Source: an uncultured bacterium
GTDB lineage: Bacteria > JAAXHH01
DNA length: 63,311 nucleotides
Assembly (NCBI GenBank): GCA_913051705.1
Contig: CAJXCW010000001.1
Coordinates: 1-63,311, forward strand
Direction: 5' to 3'
Shown here: piece by piece, positions 54,959 through 63,311 of the stretch
Position numbering within the stretch: the stretch's first letter is position 1
How the letters are laid out: each line of letters opens with the position of its first letter
Program-made: the position numbers and the translations under genes
Notes under the pieces: generated by a model
The model's database searches: none
Told to the model about the DNA's origin: nothing
The model's input: the letters and a program-made list of their open reading frames with translations, nothing else

Positions 54959-56593
54959 ATGTCAACCATTCGAAAACCAAAATACATTGCTCTTCTAATT
55001 TGTGTCGCCATCTTCTCTTTTGTCCTGGGGAGTACGACCACGCGCAGCACCTACGCGGCAGACAATCTGTTTACCAATATCAGACTTCTGAGCGGCGTGC
55101 TGAGTCTAGTAAACGATAATTATGTTGAGAAAGTGGACGCCAGCAAGTTGATCTATTCCGCCATTGACGGTATGCTCCAGGCGCTCGACCCACATTCTAA
55201 CTTCTTGAGCAAAGAGAGTTTTACAGATATGGGCGAGCGGTTCAGCGGTAAATTTTATGGCATAGGCATTGAGTTCGATGTGTTGGATGGATATTTATAT
55301 GTCATCTCGGTGATTGACGGTTCCCCTTCTGAAGCCGTAGGGCTCCAATCGGGCGACCGACTCGTAAAAATAAACGGGGAATCGGCCATAGGTATAAAAC
55401 ATGACGAAGTACGCAAGAAGCTCCGTGGAGAAAAAGGAACAACCGTTGAAGTTACGGTTAATCGGGTCGGCGCCGAAGAGCCATTTAACGTGACCATCAC
55501 CCGCGATCGTATTCCTATTCGCAGTGTACTTTCATCCTTTATGCTTGATGAACAGACCGGTTATATTCAGATGGTCCGGTTTGCCAAAACAACATCTGAT
55601 GAATTGGAAACGGCACTCAATAAACTCGAGAACTTAGGTATGAAGCGCCTGATTTTTGACCTGCGCGGTAACTCCGGCGGATATCTGGATCAGGCCGTTG
55701 AAGTGTCGAGCAAGTTTATTGAAGAAGGAAAAATGATCGTAGAGACCCGAGGACGGACACGAAGTTCAAATCAGGAGTTTCGTTCCGGAGGGTCCATTCA
55801 TGATCAATTCCCGCTCGTCGTTCTTCTTGACCATCGATCCGCCTCGGCCTCTGAAATTGTCGCCGGCGCCGTTCAGGACTGGGATCGTGGTGTGATTGCC
55901 GGATCTCGAAGTTTCGGCAAAGGACTGGTGCAGACTTTGTTCGCGGAGCCGCATCTGCGCGATGGATCCGCCTTAAAGCTTACCACGGCTCAATACTACA
56001 CGCCGAGTGGACGGTTAATCCAACGAGATTATAAGAACAAATCCTATCAGGAATATGTCGAAGAAGCGTTCGAAGATTCAGATGAGGTTATTGGTCAAGA
56101 GATGATTGATGAAAATGAAGATGGTATTGATGATCGCCCCGTGTTTAATACGGCTAATGGTCGAACGGTATACGGCGGAGGAGGAATTACCCCTGATGTT
56201 TCTATAAAGGCGCCTAAACGGAAATATCCTTTTGTGATTGGTAAGTTCCATGGGTGGACCCCCTTCGATCGGGCATGTTTTGAATTTGCTACGCAGTACG
56301 GTGTGAACCATCAGAATTTGAAAGACGATTTCGAAAACTTTTTCAGCGATTTTGAAGTCAGCGACGAGATGGTCGAAGCCTTTAAAGAACAGGTAAGTGA
56401 TTCGGGGATTTCCTTTACCCAGGAAGAATTTGATACCGATCTGGATGTGGTTAAGCTCCAATTGAAACGATCGGTTGCCCGCAATATGTGGGGTGATGAG
56501 GAAGCCGGTAAAGTAGGGTCTTCCGGCGATGTCCAGTTACAAAAGGCTCTCCTTTTGTTCAACACACACGAGATGCTGGTGGAAAATAAATAG
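54959..56593 (+). CDS. S41-family carboxyl-terminal processing peptidase
   Basis: 544 aa. Signal anchor, PDZ (GSPSEAVGLQSGDRLVKINGES), LIFDLRGNSGGYL, SASASEIVAGAVQD. Confidence 0.86.
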   Translation: MSTIRKPKYIALLICVAIFSFVLGSTTTRSTYAADNLFTNIRLLSGVLSLVNDNYVEKVDASKLIYSAIDGMLQALDPHSNFLSKESFTDMGERFSGKFYGIGIEFDVLDGYLYVISVIDGSPSEAVGLQSGDRLVKINGESAIGIKHDEVRKKLRGEKGTTVEVTVNRVGAEEPFNVTITRDRIPIRSVLSSFMLDEQTGYIQMVRFAKTTSDELETALNKLENLGMKRLIFDLRGNSGGYLDQAVEVSSKFIEEGKMIVETRGRTRSSNQEFRSGGSIHDQFPLVVLLDHRSASASEIVAGAVQDWDRGVIAGSRSFGKGLVQTLFAEPHLRDGSALKLTTAQYYTPSGRLIQRDYKNKSYQEYVEEAFEDSDEVIGQEMIDENEDGIDDRPVFNTANGRTVYGGGGITPDVSIKAPKRKYPFVIGKFHGWTPFDRACFEFATQYGVNHQNLKDDFENFFSDFEVSDEMVEAFKEQVSDSGISFTQEEFDTDLDVVKLQLKRSVARNMWGDEEAGKVGSSGDVQLQKALLLFNTHEMLVENK

Positions 56594-56622
56594 CAGCCCC
56601 ATACACCCTCTAAGGAATTATC

Positions 56623-59600
56623 GTGGCCACCTCATCCACCAGTTCTGTATGGTACGCTCTGCGTGACCGGCTTCATGCGCTTCGGTTACGCGACCGCAAG
56701 GTGACCCTGATACAGGGGGCTCTGATTTCCGGCACGGTCATCGTTCTTTTAATTATGCTGATGGCCGGTCTGGAAGGGTGGTTCAGACTGGCGCCGCCTG
56801 GTCGTTTGTCACTTGTCGTCATCGGACTGATTATTACTGCAGGCGTTTTGATCCAGCGTTGCGTGAGGATACTCTGGCACACGGTCAGTGATGATGCTCT
56901 GGCACGAAAAGTAGATCGCCATTATCCGGAATTATACGATCGTGTGACGATGACGCTCCAACTCTGGCGTCAATATGGGAGGCGAGATACCACCTCACCC
57001 TCATTACTCGAAGCCGCCATTACAGCAAGCGCTGCCTCCACAGAGGCTGTGGACTTCACCGCAGCCGACAGACGCTATCGCCTCCCCCAGGCCGCACAGC
57101 TGTTCGGCGGCGCGCTGATCTTTTCCTCTCTCATCCTCATATTGTTGTTCAACCCGCTGTATGGGGCCTTGCACCGTCTGGTACATCCATTAACGGATTT
57201 TCCGGTTCCGCAGAATACCTTCGTGGTGGTTCGGCCCGGCCATGCCGATGTGGCCTCGGGTGGTCAGGTGACCGTGACTGCTGAAATAACCGGAGACATG
57301 CCGGATCAGGCGACGATCCGGTTATACACCGATGACTCCATTTGGAAGTCTATCGATTTATCTTCAATCAGATCTTCCTCTTCCTTTTCTTATACCATCA
57401 GAGATATTAATGAGCGCCTGCAATACGAGATCGAAGCCGGTGATGCCCTCAGCCCTCGATTTCAGATATCGGTTGTCAACCGACCCAGAGTGGCTTCTCT
57501 GCATCTGACCTATCGGTATCCCGCCTATACGAATCTGGCCCCTCGAACGACGACTGAAGGTGGAGATATCGTTGCCTTAAAAGGGACCCGCGTGGCTTTC
57601 GAACTGGAGGCCAGTCAGGTGCTGACAACAGCACAGATAGACATGGTCGGGCAGGATAATCTGTTATCCTTGAAGGTATCCGACCGACAGGCTAACGGGG
57701 CTATATCCATAAAAACAGATCAGATATACCGTATTATCCTGCGTAACCAGGAGGGAAGGGCTAACATCGATCCGCCTCAGTATCGAATTACGGTGTTGCC
57801 GGATCGGATGCCGGATGTTCGGATCGTCTCCCCCGGTAAAGATAGTAACCTGACGGAAAACATGCTGGTTTCCCTCTTGATTTCCGCCACGGACGATTTC
57901 GGCATATCATCTATGAACCTGGTCTATCAGAAAACAACTGATGGCGAGATACAGCGTAAAGCATTGCCTGTGGATAAAAAGGTAACCACCTTGACGGTGC
58001 CTTATGTATGGGATGTTTCGAATTTAGGCTTAATCCCGGAAGATGTCATGTCCTATTATGTGGAGTTGTTCGATAACGATACCGTCTCCGGTCCCAAAAG
58101 GGTGGTAAGCCAAACCTTTACACTTCGGTTTCCATCGATTTCCGAGATCTATGATCAGCTGAACAGCACACAGGATCAGCAGGTGGCCGATATAGAAGAT
58201 ATGCTGAAAAATCAGGAAGAGGCCCAGAAAAGACTCGAAGAACTGAATCGGGACTTAGAGCAGAAACAACGGCAGGAAGAGCTTACGGGAGAAAAAGAGG
58301 CGCTTTCCTGGGAGCAGAAAAAAGATCTGGAATCTCTCATGGATGCCCAGGAAAAGATGGCAGATGACCTGATGAAAGCTGCTGACGCCATGGAACAGGC
58401 AATGGAGCAATTAGAACAGCAGGACATGCAGAGTATGGAGTTGATAGAAAAGATGAACCAACTTCGTCAATTGTTCCAGGAGATCGCTACGCCGGAGCTT
58501 CTCAAAGCCATGCAGGAACTTAAGCAGGCGATGAATGACCTTGACAACCGAATGATCAAGGAATCCCTTGAGAACTATGAAATGGAGCAGGAAGCGTTCA
58601 TGAAGCGACTGGAACGCAGCCTGGCCATGTTGAAACGGATGCGCACCGAGCAGCAAATGATGGCGGCGGTACGCAAATCTGAAGACCTGCTTGAACGTCA
58701 GGAAGAATTGCAATATGCAACGCAGAACCAGAAGCAGGATCCAGCACAGGATACCAGAGAGAGTTTAGCCGGTAAACAACAGAATTTAAAGCAGGATACC
58801 GAATCATTGCAACAGGATCTGGAAGCACTGGCTCAATCCATGGAAGAACATGAGAATATGCCAACGGATGATATCCGTAATGCGGCAGAGTCCATGGAAC
58901 AGCGAAATCTTCCTCAACAGATGGAGCGTATCAGTCAGCAGATGATGAACGGTCAGATGAGTCAGGCTTCACAGGGACAACAGCAGGCGGTTCAACAACT
59001 GTCGAACCTCTCTCAACAATTACAAGAGGCACAGGAGCAGAAGCAGAATGAGCAGATGCAGGAAGTAGCCGCAGAGATGCGCCAGGCGATGCATCAGTTG
59101 GTAGAGCTTTCACAGAACCAGGAATCGCTCAATGGCCGCACAAACCAGCCTGCCGGTCGCGACTCCCGTATGCAGGATCTGTCCGAAGATCAGCAGAGTC
59201 TCATGAAAGGCGCTTCCCAGGTGGCAGATCAACTGGTCTCCACCTCCCAAAAGAGTTTTTTCATATCTCCTGAAATAGGCCGGGCGCTTGGTGAAACACT
59301 CAACCGCATGCAAAGTGCCGGCAATGATCTGGCAGAACGTAACCGGGGGACAGCCTCCCAACAACAGATGGAGGCTATGGAGGCCCTGAATCAAACCGTT
59401 CTATCACTCCAACAGGCCATGAAAAATATGAATGCTTCCGGTTCTGCATCAGGTATGATGGAAATGATGCAGCAGTTGCAGAGCATGGCGCAACAACAAG
59501 CAGGTCTTAACGAGCAGATGAATCAGATGATGTCAGAGGGGCAGGGACAAGGGGAGCAGTCCGGAGAGAAAATGAGTTTGGAACAGCGGGCTAAAATGGC

Positions 59601-60033
59601 GCGACTTGCTGCAAAACAGGAAGCGTTGCGTAAAAGTCTGGAACAGCTCCAACGGGAACAGAAACAACACGCTCAACTTCTAGGGCGGCTGGATGAAGTA
59701 GAGCGGGAGATGGAAGAAACCGTAAAAGCGTTGCAGCAGAATCAGGTCAATCCTCAATTAATGGAAAGGCAGCAACGCATTCTATCCAGGCTCCTTGATG
59801 CCTCGCGTTCCATGAGGGAAAGAGATCGGAACAATAAACGTAAGGCAATGCCAGGTGAGAATCTGACAGGCCGGCCGTCACCTGGCCCCTTGCCAGGTGA
59901 GTTGATGGAGTTCGACCGAACCTTGCGCGATGATATCCTGCGAAGCGTACGCGACGGCACCTATCCACAAGAATATGAAGAACTCATCCGGGCGTATTTC
60001 CGGGCCCTTTCAGATGCCCCAAGAGAAAATTAA
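56623..60033 (+). CDS. Large membrane-anchored protein with beta-rich domains and a ~600-aa Q/E/M-rich coiled coil (DUF4175-like)
   Basis: GTG start. Two N-terminal TM segments. ATDDFGISSMNLVY motif. Long heptad-like Q/E/M region. Conserved-looking tail YPQEYEELIRAYFRALS. Confidence 0.5.
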   Translation: MATSSTSSVWYALRDRLHALRLRDRKVTLIQGALISGTVIVLLIMLMAGLEGWFRLAPPGRLSLVVIGLIITAGVLIQRCVRILWHTVSDDALARKVDRHYPELYDRVTMTLQLWRQYGRRDTTSPSLLEAAITASAASTEAVDFTAADRRYRLPQAAQLFGGALIFSSLILILLFNPLYGALHRLVHPLTDFPVPQNTFVVVRPGHADVASGGQVTVTAEITGDMPDQATIRLYTDDSIWKSIDLSSIRSSSSFSYTIRDINERLQYEIEAGDALSPRFQISVVNRPRVASLHLTYRYPAYTNLAPRTTTEGGDIVALKGTRVAFELEASQVLTTAQIDMVGQDNLLSLKVSDRQANGAISIKTDQIYRIILRNQEGRANIDPPQYRITVLPDRMPDVRIVSPGKDSNLTENMLVSLLISATDDFGISSMNLVYQKTTDGEIQRKALPVDKKVTTLTVPYVWDVSNLGLIPEDVMSYYVELFDNDTVSGPKRVVSQTFTLRFPSISEIYDQLNSTQDQQVADIEDMLKNQEEAQKRLEELNRDLEQKQRQEELTGEKEALSWEQKKDLESLMDAQEKMADDLMKAADAMEQAMEQLEQQDMQSMELIEKMNQLRQLFQEIATPELLKAMQELKQAMNDLDNRMIKESLENYEMEQEAFMKRLERSLAMLKRMRTEQQMMAAVRKSEDLLERQEELQYATQNQKQDPAQDTRESLAGKQQNLKQDTESLQQDLEALAQSMEEHENMPTDDIRNAAESMEQRNLPQQMERISQQMMNGQMSQASQGQQQAVQQLSNLSQQLQEAQEQKQNEQMQEVAAEMRQAMHQLVELSQNQESLNGRTNQPAGRDSRMQDLSEDQQSLMKGASQVADQLVSTSQKSFFISPEIGRALGETLNRMQSAGNDLAERNRGTASQQQMEAMEALNQTVLSLQQAMKNMNASGSASGMMEMMQQLQSMAQQQAGLNEQMNQMMSEGQGQGEQSGEKMSLEQRAKMARLAAKQEALRKSLEQLQREQKQHAQLLGRLDEVEREMEETVKALQQNQVNPQLMERQQRILSRLLDASRSMRERDRNNKRKAMPGENLTGRPSPGPLPGELMEFDRTLRDDILRSVRDGTYPQEYEELIRAYFRALSDAPREN

Positions 60034-60037
60034 AACT

Positions 60038-60155
60038 CTGTGCTTCGTTCATAGTGCTTTGTGGTTTGTCAAGGCTAAGTGTCTATAAAAAAATGAGGAT
60101 AGGCTCCACGATGAACAAAAATAACAAAGTGCAAAGTACAAAGCACAAAGTACAA
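60038..60155. repeat. Imperfect inverted pair of the ACAAAGY heptamer family
   Basis: 60038-60070 CTGTGCTTCGTTCATAGTGCTTTGTGGTTTGTC against 60123-60155 AACAAAGTGCAAAGTACAAAGCACAAAGTACAAC. Sits at the 5' end of the TPR gene. Confidence 0.55.
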
Positions 60156-62003
60156 CCCATGTTATCATTTATCCGGCTTTTCATGCTATTAGGCTGCCAG
60201 ATGTTTTTTCTTGCCTATTTCCCCCTATCGCTTCAAGCTGATCAGAGATCTATCTTTGGCCAACGAACCACACCGGCTCAGGACATCGATCAGGCCAGGT
60301 TGTTGGAAGAGATGGGGCAGCTCGAACGGGCGGCCGCCCAATATGAGATGGTGCTGAGAAAATCACCTCTCAATGCCCCGGCGCTGAACGCCCTCCCCCG
60401 GCTGTATATTAATTTGCAACAGTACGACAAAGCGATTGGTCTACTCGGAAATCAGATAGAACGCTCCCCGCGCAGTATCGTATTTCGACGGAACCTGGCA
60501 GACGTGTTTTTACGAGCCGGTCGGCTTGATAAAGCCCGCGAACAATGTGCAGCTTTGATCGAATTCTACCCTAAGGATGAATCGGTCATACGGCTGATCG
60601 CTGCGCTTTATATCACGTATGCGCACTATCAGGAAGCCGTCCAGGCCTATGTAGAGGGCCGCCGGACCATAGGAAACCCTGGTGTGTTTGCCCTTCCTCT
60701 GGCCGACATCTATACCACGCTGGTAGATGTGCCCAATGCCACGGCGGAATATGCTCGATGGTTAACCATTCAACCCAGGCAGTTTCCGGTCGTAGATGAT
60801 CGTATTGATCAGTTGACCGGATTGATGGATCCGAAACTTATGGAAAAAGCGCTCCGTGGAACGACGTCCGAACACGCAGACAACAAAGATGTTCATAAAC
60901 TATTCGGAAATTTTTATCTAAGGCATAATCAACCTGTCGAAGCCCTGGAACAATATAGAAAAGCAGACCGGCTTGATGGATCCAGAGGCGTATATCTACT
61001 CGAGTTTGCGACATGGGCTATGCGCGAAACACATCACGAGGAAGCCATCAGCGCCTATAAGGATTTAATGGATACCGCCTCAGCTCAATCAATTAAATCC
61101 CAGGCATCTGTCGGTCTTGCCGAAGCATACCGATTTCTCGGGCGACGCGATGAAGCGATGACAGCCTATCAACAGACCCTGTCCCAGTATCCCAGGACCG
61201 CACAAAGTGAAGAGGCGATGTTCCATATCGCGGAGCTGCACCTGACCTATCTTCACGATCCTTCAAAGGCGTTGATTGCATTTCGAACGTTATTGGCGGC
61301 CGCACCGGGATCTTCATTTCGAGCGGAAGCGATGTTCCGTATGGCTGAATGTCATCTTTCACGTGGAAGTATCAGGGATGCCATCACACAGTATAACCGC
61401 ATATTAGACCCTTCTTCAAAACTGGAGGGGCCTCATGTATTCGCTCGTGCTAAATTTCACCTGGCCGAGATGGATCTGTTTAGAGGAGAATTGGATAGCG
61501 CCCTGGAAAAATTCAATGAAGTGGCGGATGGTTTTACCGGTAATGCCTATGCGAACGATGCATTACAATGGTCGATTTTCCTTAGTGAAAGCCGACGAGG
61601 TGGTGGAGACTCCGTCAAGGCCTTTATAAATGCCCACCTGTTAAAAAGACAATATAAGCCGGATAATTCTCTGGATGCCTATAAACAATTCTTAAGCGAT
61701 CATGCCAACAGTCCTATCGGCGATCTGGCTATTTTGGAAATCGGCGTGTTGCTCGATGAAATGCAGAAACCCCATGAGGCAATCGCAGCCTTTCGGGATT
61801 TAATTGATCGATATCCCGAAAGCCGGCTCGGGATAAACGCCCAACACCATATAGCTGAGATATACGAACACCGATTAATGGATATCCCACAAGCCATAAC
61901 GGAATACGAAACGATCCTGATCAACTACCCTGATCATTTTAAAAACGACGCCATTCGCCGAAGAGTACGTGATTTGACCTTGAATCACCCACCACAACCG
62001 TGA
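60111..62003 (+). CDS. TPR-repeat protein (secreted or periplasmic)
   Basis: Multiple TPR-like helical pairs. Signal-like MLSFIRLFMLLGCQMFFLAYFPLSLQA. Start ambiguous (60054, 60093, 60111 or 60162). The stop overlaps the mpl GTG (GTGA). Confidence 0.72.
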   Translation: MNKNNKVQSTKHKVQPMLSFIRLFMLLGCQMFFLAYFPLSLQADQRSIFGQRTTPAQDIDQARLLEEMGQLERAAAQYEMVLRKSPLNAPALNALPRLYINLQQYDKAIGLLGNQIERSPRSIVFRRNLADVFLRAGRLDKAREQCAALIEFYPKDESVIRLIAALYITYAHYQEAVQAYVEGRRTIGNPGVFALPLADIYTTLVDVPNATAEYARWLTIQPRQFPVVDDRIDQLTGLMDPKLMEKALRGTTSEHADNKDVHKLFGNFYLRHNQPVEALEQYRKADRLDGSRGVYLLEFATWAMRETHHEEAISAYKDLMDTASAQSIKSQASVGLAEAYRFLGRRDEAMTAYQQTLSQYPRTAQSEEAMFHIAELHLTYLHDPSKALIAFRTLLAAAPGSSFRAEAMFRMAECHLSRGSIRDAITQYNRILDPSSKLEGPHVFARAKFHLAEMDLFRGELDSALEKFNEVADGFTGNAYANDALQWSIFLSESRRGGGDSVKAFINAHLLKRQYKPDNSLDAYKQFLSDHANSPIGDLAILEIGVLLDEMQKPHEAIAAFRDLIDRYPESRLGINAQHHIAEIYEHRLMDIPQAITEYETILINYPDHFKNDAIRRRVRDLTLNHPPQP

Positions 62004-63311
62004 CGACTGCTCCCCCGCTTCATATTCATCTTATCGCCATCTGCGGCGCAGGCATGGGTGCCCTTGCTGTGATGCTCAAAGCACAGGGCCACCATGTGAC
62101 TGGTAGTGATAAAGATGTCTATCCTCCCATGAGCACCGTTCTGTCGGAGCAGAATATTCCCGTTTATAAGGGATTTACCGTGGCCCACCTGTCTCCGCAG
62201 CCAGACCTTGTCGTCATCGGAAATGCCGTTTCCCGAGGTAATCCTGAAGCCGAGGCGGTTCTGTCGCGTAAAATTCGATATGCGTCGATGCCCGAAACGC
62301 TGAAAACCTTCTTCCTCTGGAAAAAAACCTCGATCGTTGTTACAGGTACACACGGAAAAACAACGACCACGAGTATGCTGGCCTGGGTTATGGAACAAGC
62401 CGGTTTCGATCCGAGTTATATCATCGGCGGTATCCCCATAGGATGGGCAACAGGGGCTAAGCTTGGGGCGGGTGATGTGTTTATTCTGGAGGGAGATGAA
62501 TATGATAGCGCCTTCTTTGATAAACGTGCTAAATTCTTACACTATCTACCCGATATCGTCATCATTAATAATATCGAATTCGACCATGCAGATATCTACA
62601 ATAATCTGGATGAGATTATCCTGGCCTTCCGGCGGTTGGTCAATATAATCCCTGGAAATGGTCTTTTGATCGTCTCAGCAGATGATGAACACATACAGGC
62701 ATTAATGCCAGGTGCCCCTTGTACCATCCAGACATTTGGTGAGGGAATCCACGCTCGATGGGCAGCACGCCAAGTCAACATCACCCCGGAAGGAACCACA
62801 TTCAATTTGTATGAGGAAGGATCATATCGTGATCAACTGACGATTCCCATGTATGGCGCGCACAATGTACAGAATGCGCTGGCCGTTGTAGCTGCTGCCG
62901 AGCAGGTCGGGGTTCCTTGGGAGAAGACAGTCACTGGTCTCGGTTCCTTTCCCGGTGTCAAACGCCGTCTGGAACTGCGAGGGGTAATCAACGGCATCCA
63001 TGTATACGATGATTTCGCCCATCATCCAACCGCCGTAGAAGCCACCTTGTGCGGCCTCCGAAGCGCCTATCCCGACAAACGTATTTGGGCCATATTCGAA
63101 CCCCGAACAGCGACCACCATCCGCCGCATTTTCCAGGCAGGCTATTCTACCGCCTTTGATGCTGCGGATTACATCCTCTTCGCGCCCATCTACCTGCCCA
63201 ACAAAGCCCCTGAGGGCAATCGGTTTTCATTGGAAGAGTTGATAGATGGCCTGCACACCCGAGGTCTTGACGCTCTGGCTTTACCGGACGTTGATCGTAT
63301 TGTCAACCATC
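62000..63311 (+). CDS. mpl: UDP-N-acetylmuramate:L-alanyl-gamma-D-glutamyl-meso-diaminopimelate ligase (partial, runs off the window)
   Basis: Not in the ORF track because it has no stop in the window. IHLIAICGAGMGALA, VTGTHGKTTTTSM, EGDEYDSAFFDKRAKFLHY, NNIEFDHADIY, DDFAHHPTAV. Confidence 0.85.
   Translation, partial: MTTAPPLHIHLIAICGAGMGALAVMLKAQGHHVTGSDKDVYPPMSTVLSEQNIPVYKGFTVAHLSPQPDLVVIGNAVSRGNPEAEAVLSRKIRYASMPETLKTFFLWKKTSIVVTGTHGKTTTTSMLAWVMEQAGFDPSYIIGGIPIGWATGAKLGAGDVFILEGDEYDSAFFDKRAKFLHYLPDIVIINNIEFDHADIYNNLDEIILAFRRLVNIIPGNGLLIVSADDEHIQALMPGAPCTIQTFGEGIHARWAARQVNITPEGTTFNLYEEGSYRDQLTIPMYGAHNVQNALAVVAAAEQVGVPWEKTVTGLGSFPGVKRRLELRGVINGIHVYDDFAHHPTAVEATLCGLRSAYPDKRIWAIFEPRTATTIRRIFQAGYSTAFDAADYILFAPIYLPNKAPEGNRFSLEELIDGLHTRGLDALALPDVDRIVNH

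Noticed and set aside
61355-61370. parS-like sequence TCTTTCACGTGGAAGT
   Set aside because: It matches the TGTTTCACGTGAAACA consensus at only 12 of 16 positions, is not palindromic, lies inside the TPR coding sequence, and is 60 kb from parAB.

Overview
63.3-kb window of moderate GC content that looks like the chromosome (or a large replicon) of an uncultivated-type heterotrophic bacterium. I see no rRNA, tRNA, CRISPR array, transposase, integrase or prophage module. About 55 credible CDS are present. In order: a parA-parB pair at the left edge; a five-gene Opp/Dpp-type peptide ABC importer; a long accessory stretch of oxidoreductases (two Zn-ADHs, two aldo/keto reductases, Gfo/Idh/MocA, SDR), four PhyH-family Fe/2OG dioxygenase paralogues, adenosine deaminase, an MBL hydrolase, a secreted S1/P1 nuclease, a MOCOS/ABA3-like class V PLP enzyme, an aromatic amino acid decarboxylase, an RmlC-like epimerase, a sulfatase, an esterase, an MFS transporter and glycan-related DUF proteins (DUF3500, DUF1080, DUF4091, DUF2961/GH172); then an ECF sigma / anti-sigma / HtrA-like / Rad52-like operon, an XPB-type helicase, and housekeeping genes (GT9, tsaC, purD, S41 peptidase, a 1136-aa coiled-coil membrane protein, a TPR protein, partial mpl). 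Three things stand out. (1) At least a dozen intergenic gaps hold locus-specific 7-8-nt microsatellites paired with their own reverse complement, giving long hairpins that abut stop and start codons. These also explain most of the spurious N-terminal ORF extensions in the ORF track. (2) Several signalling genes are decayed, mainly by in-frame nonsense codons: a CheY-like receiver with two stops and no frameshift, an HDOD/receiver-like gene, and a possible kinase relic. There is also an FtsX permease stub. (3) An ECF sigma operon with its own GGAAC-N16-CGT promoter encodes an HtrA-like protein lacking the canonical His and Ser, followed by a Rad52/DdrA-like annealing protein. All product calls rest on motifs I recognise by eye in the translations; no database search was possible. 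Start codons are often uncertain, and the taxonomic impression (marine or host-associated, with PVC/FCB/Poribacteria-like gene content) is inference only.
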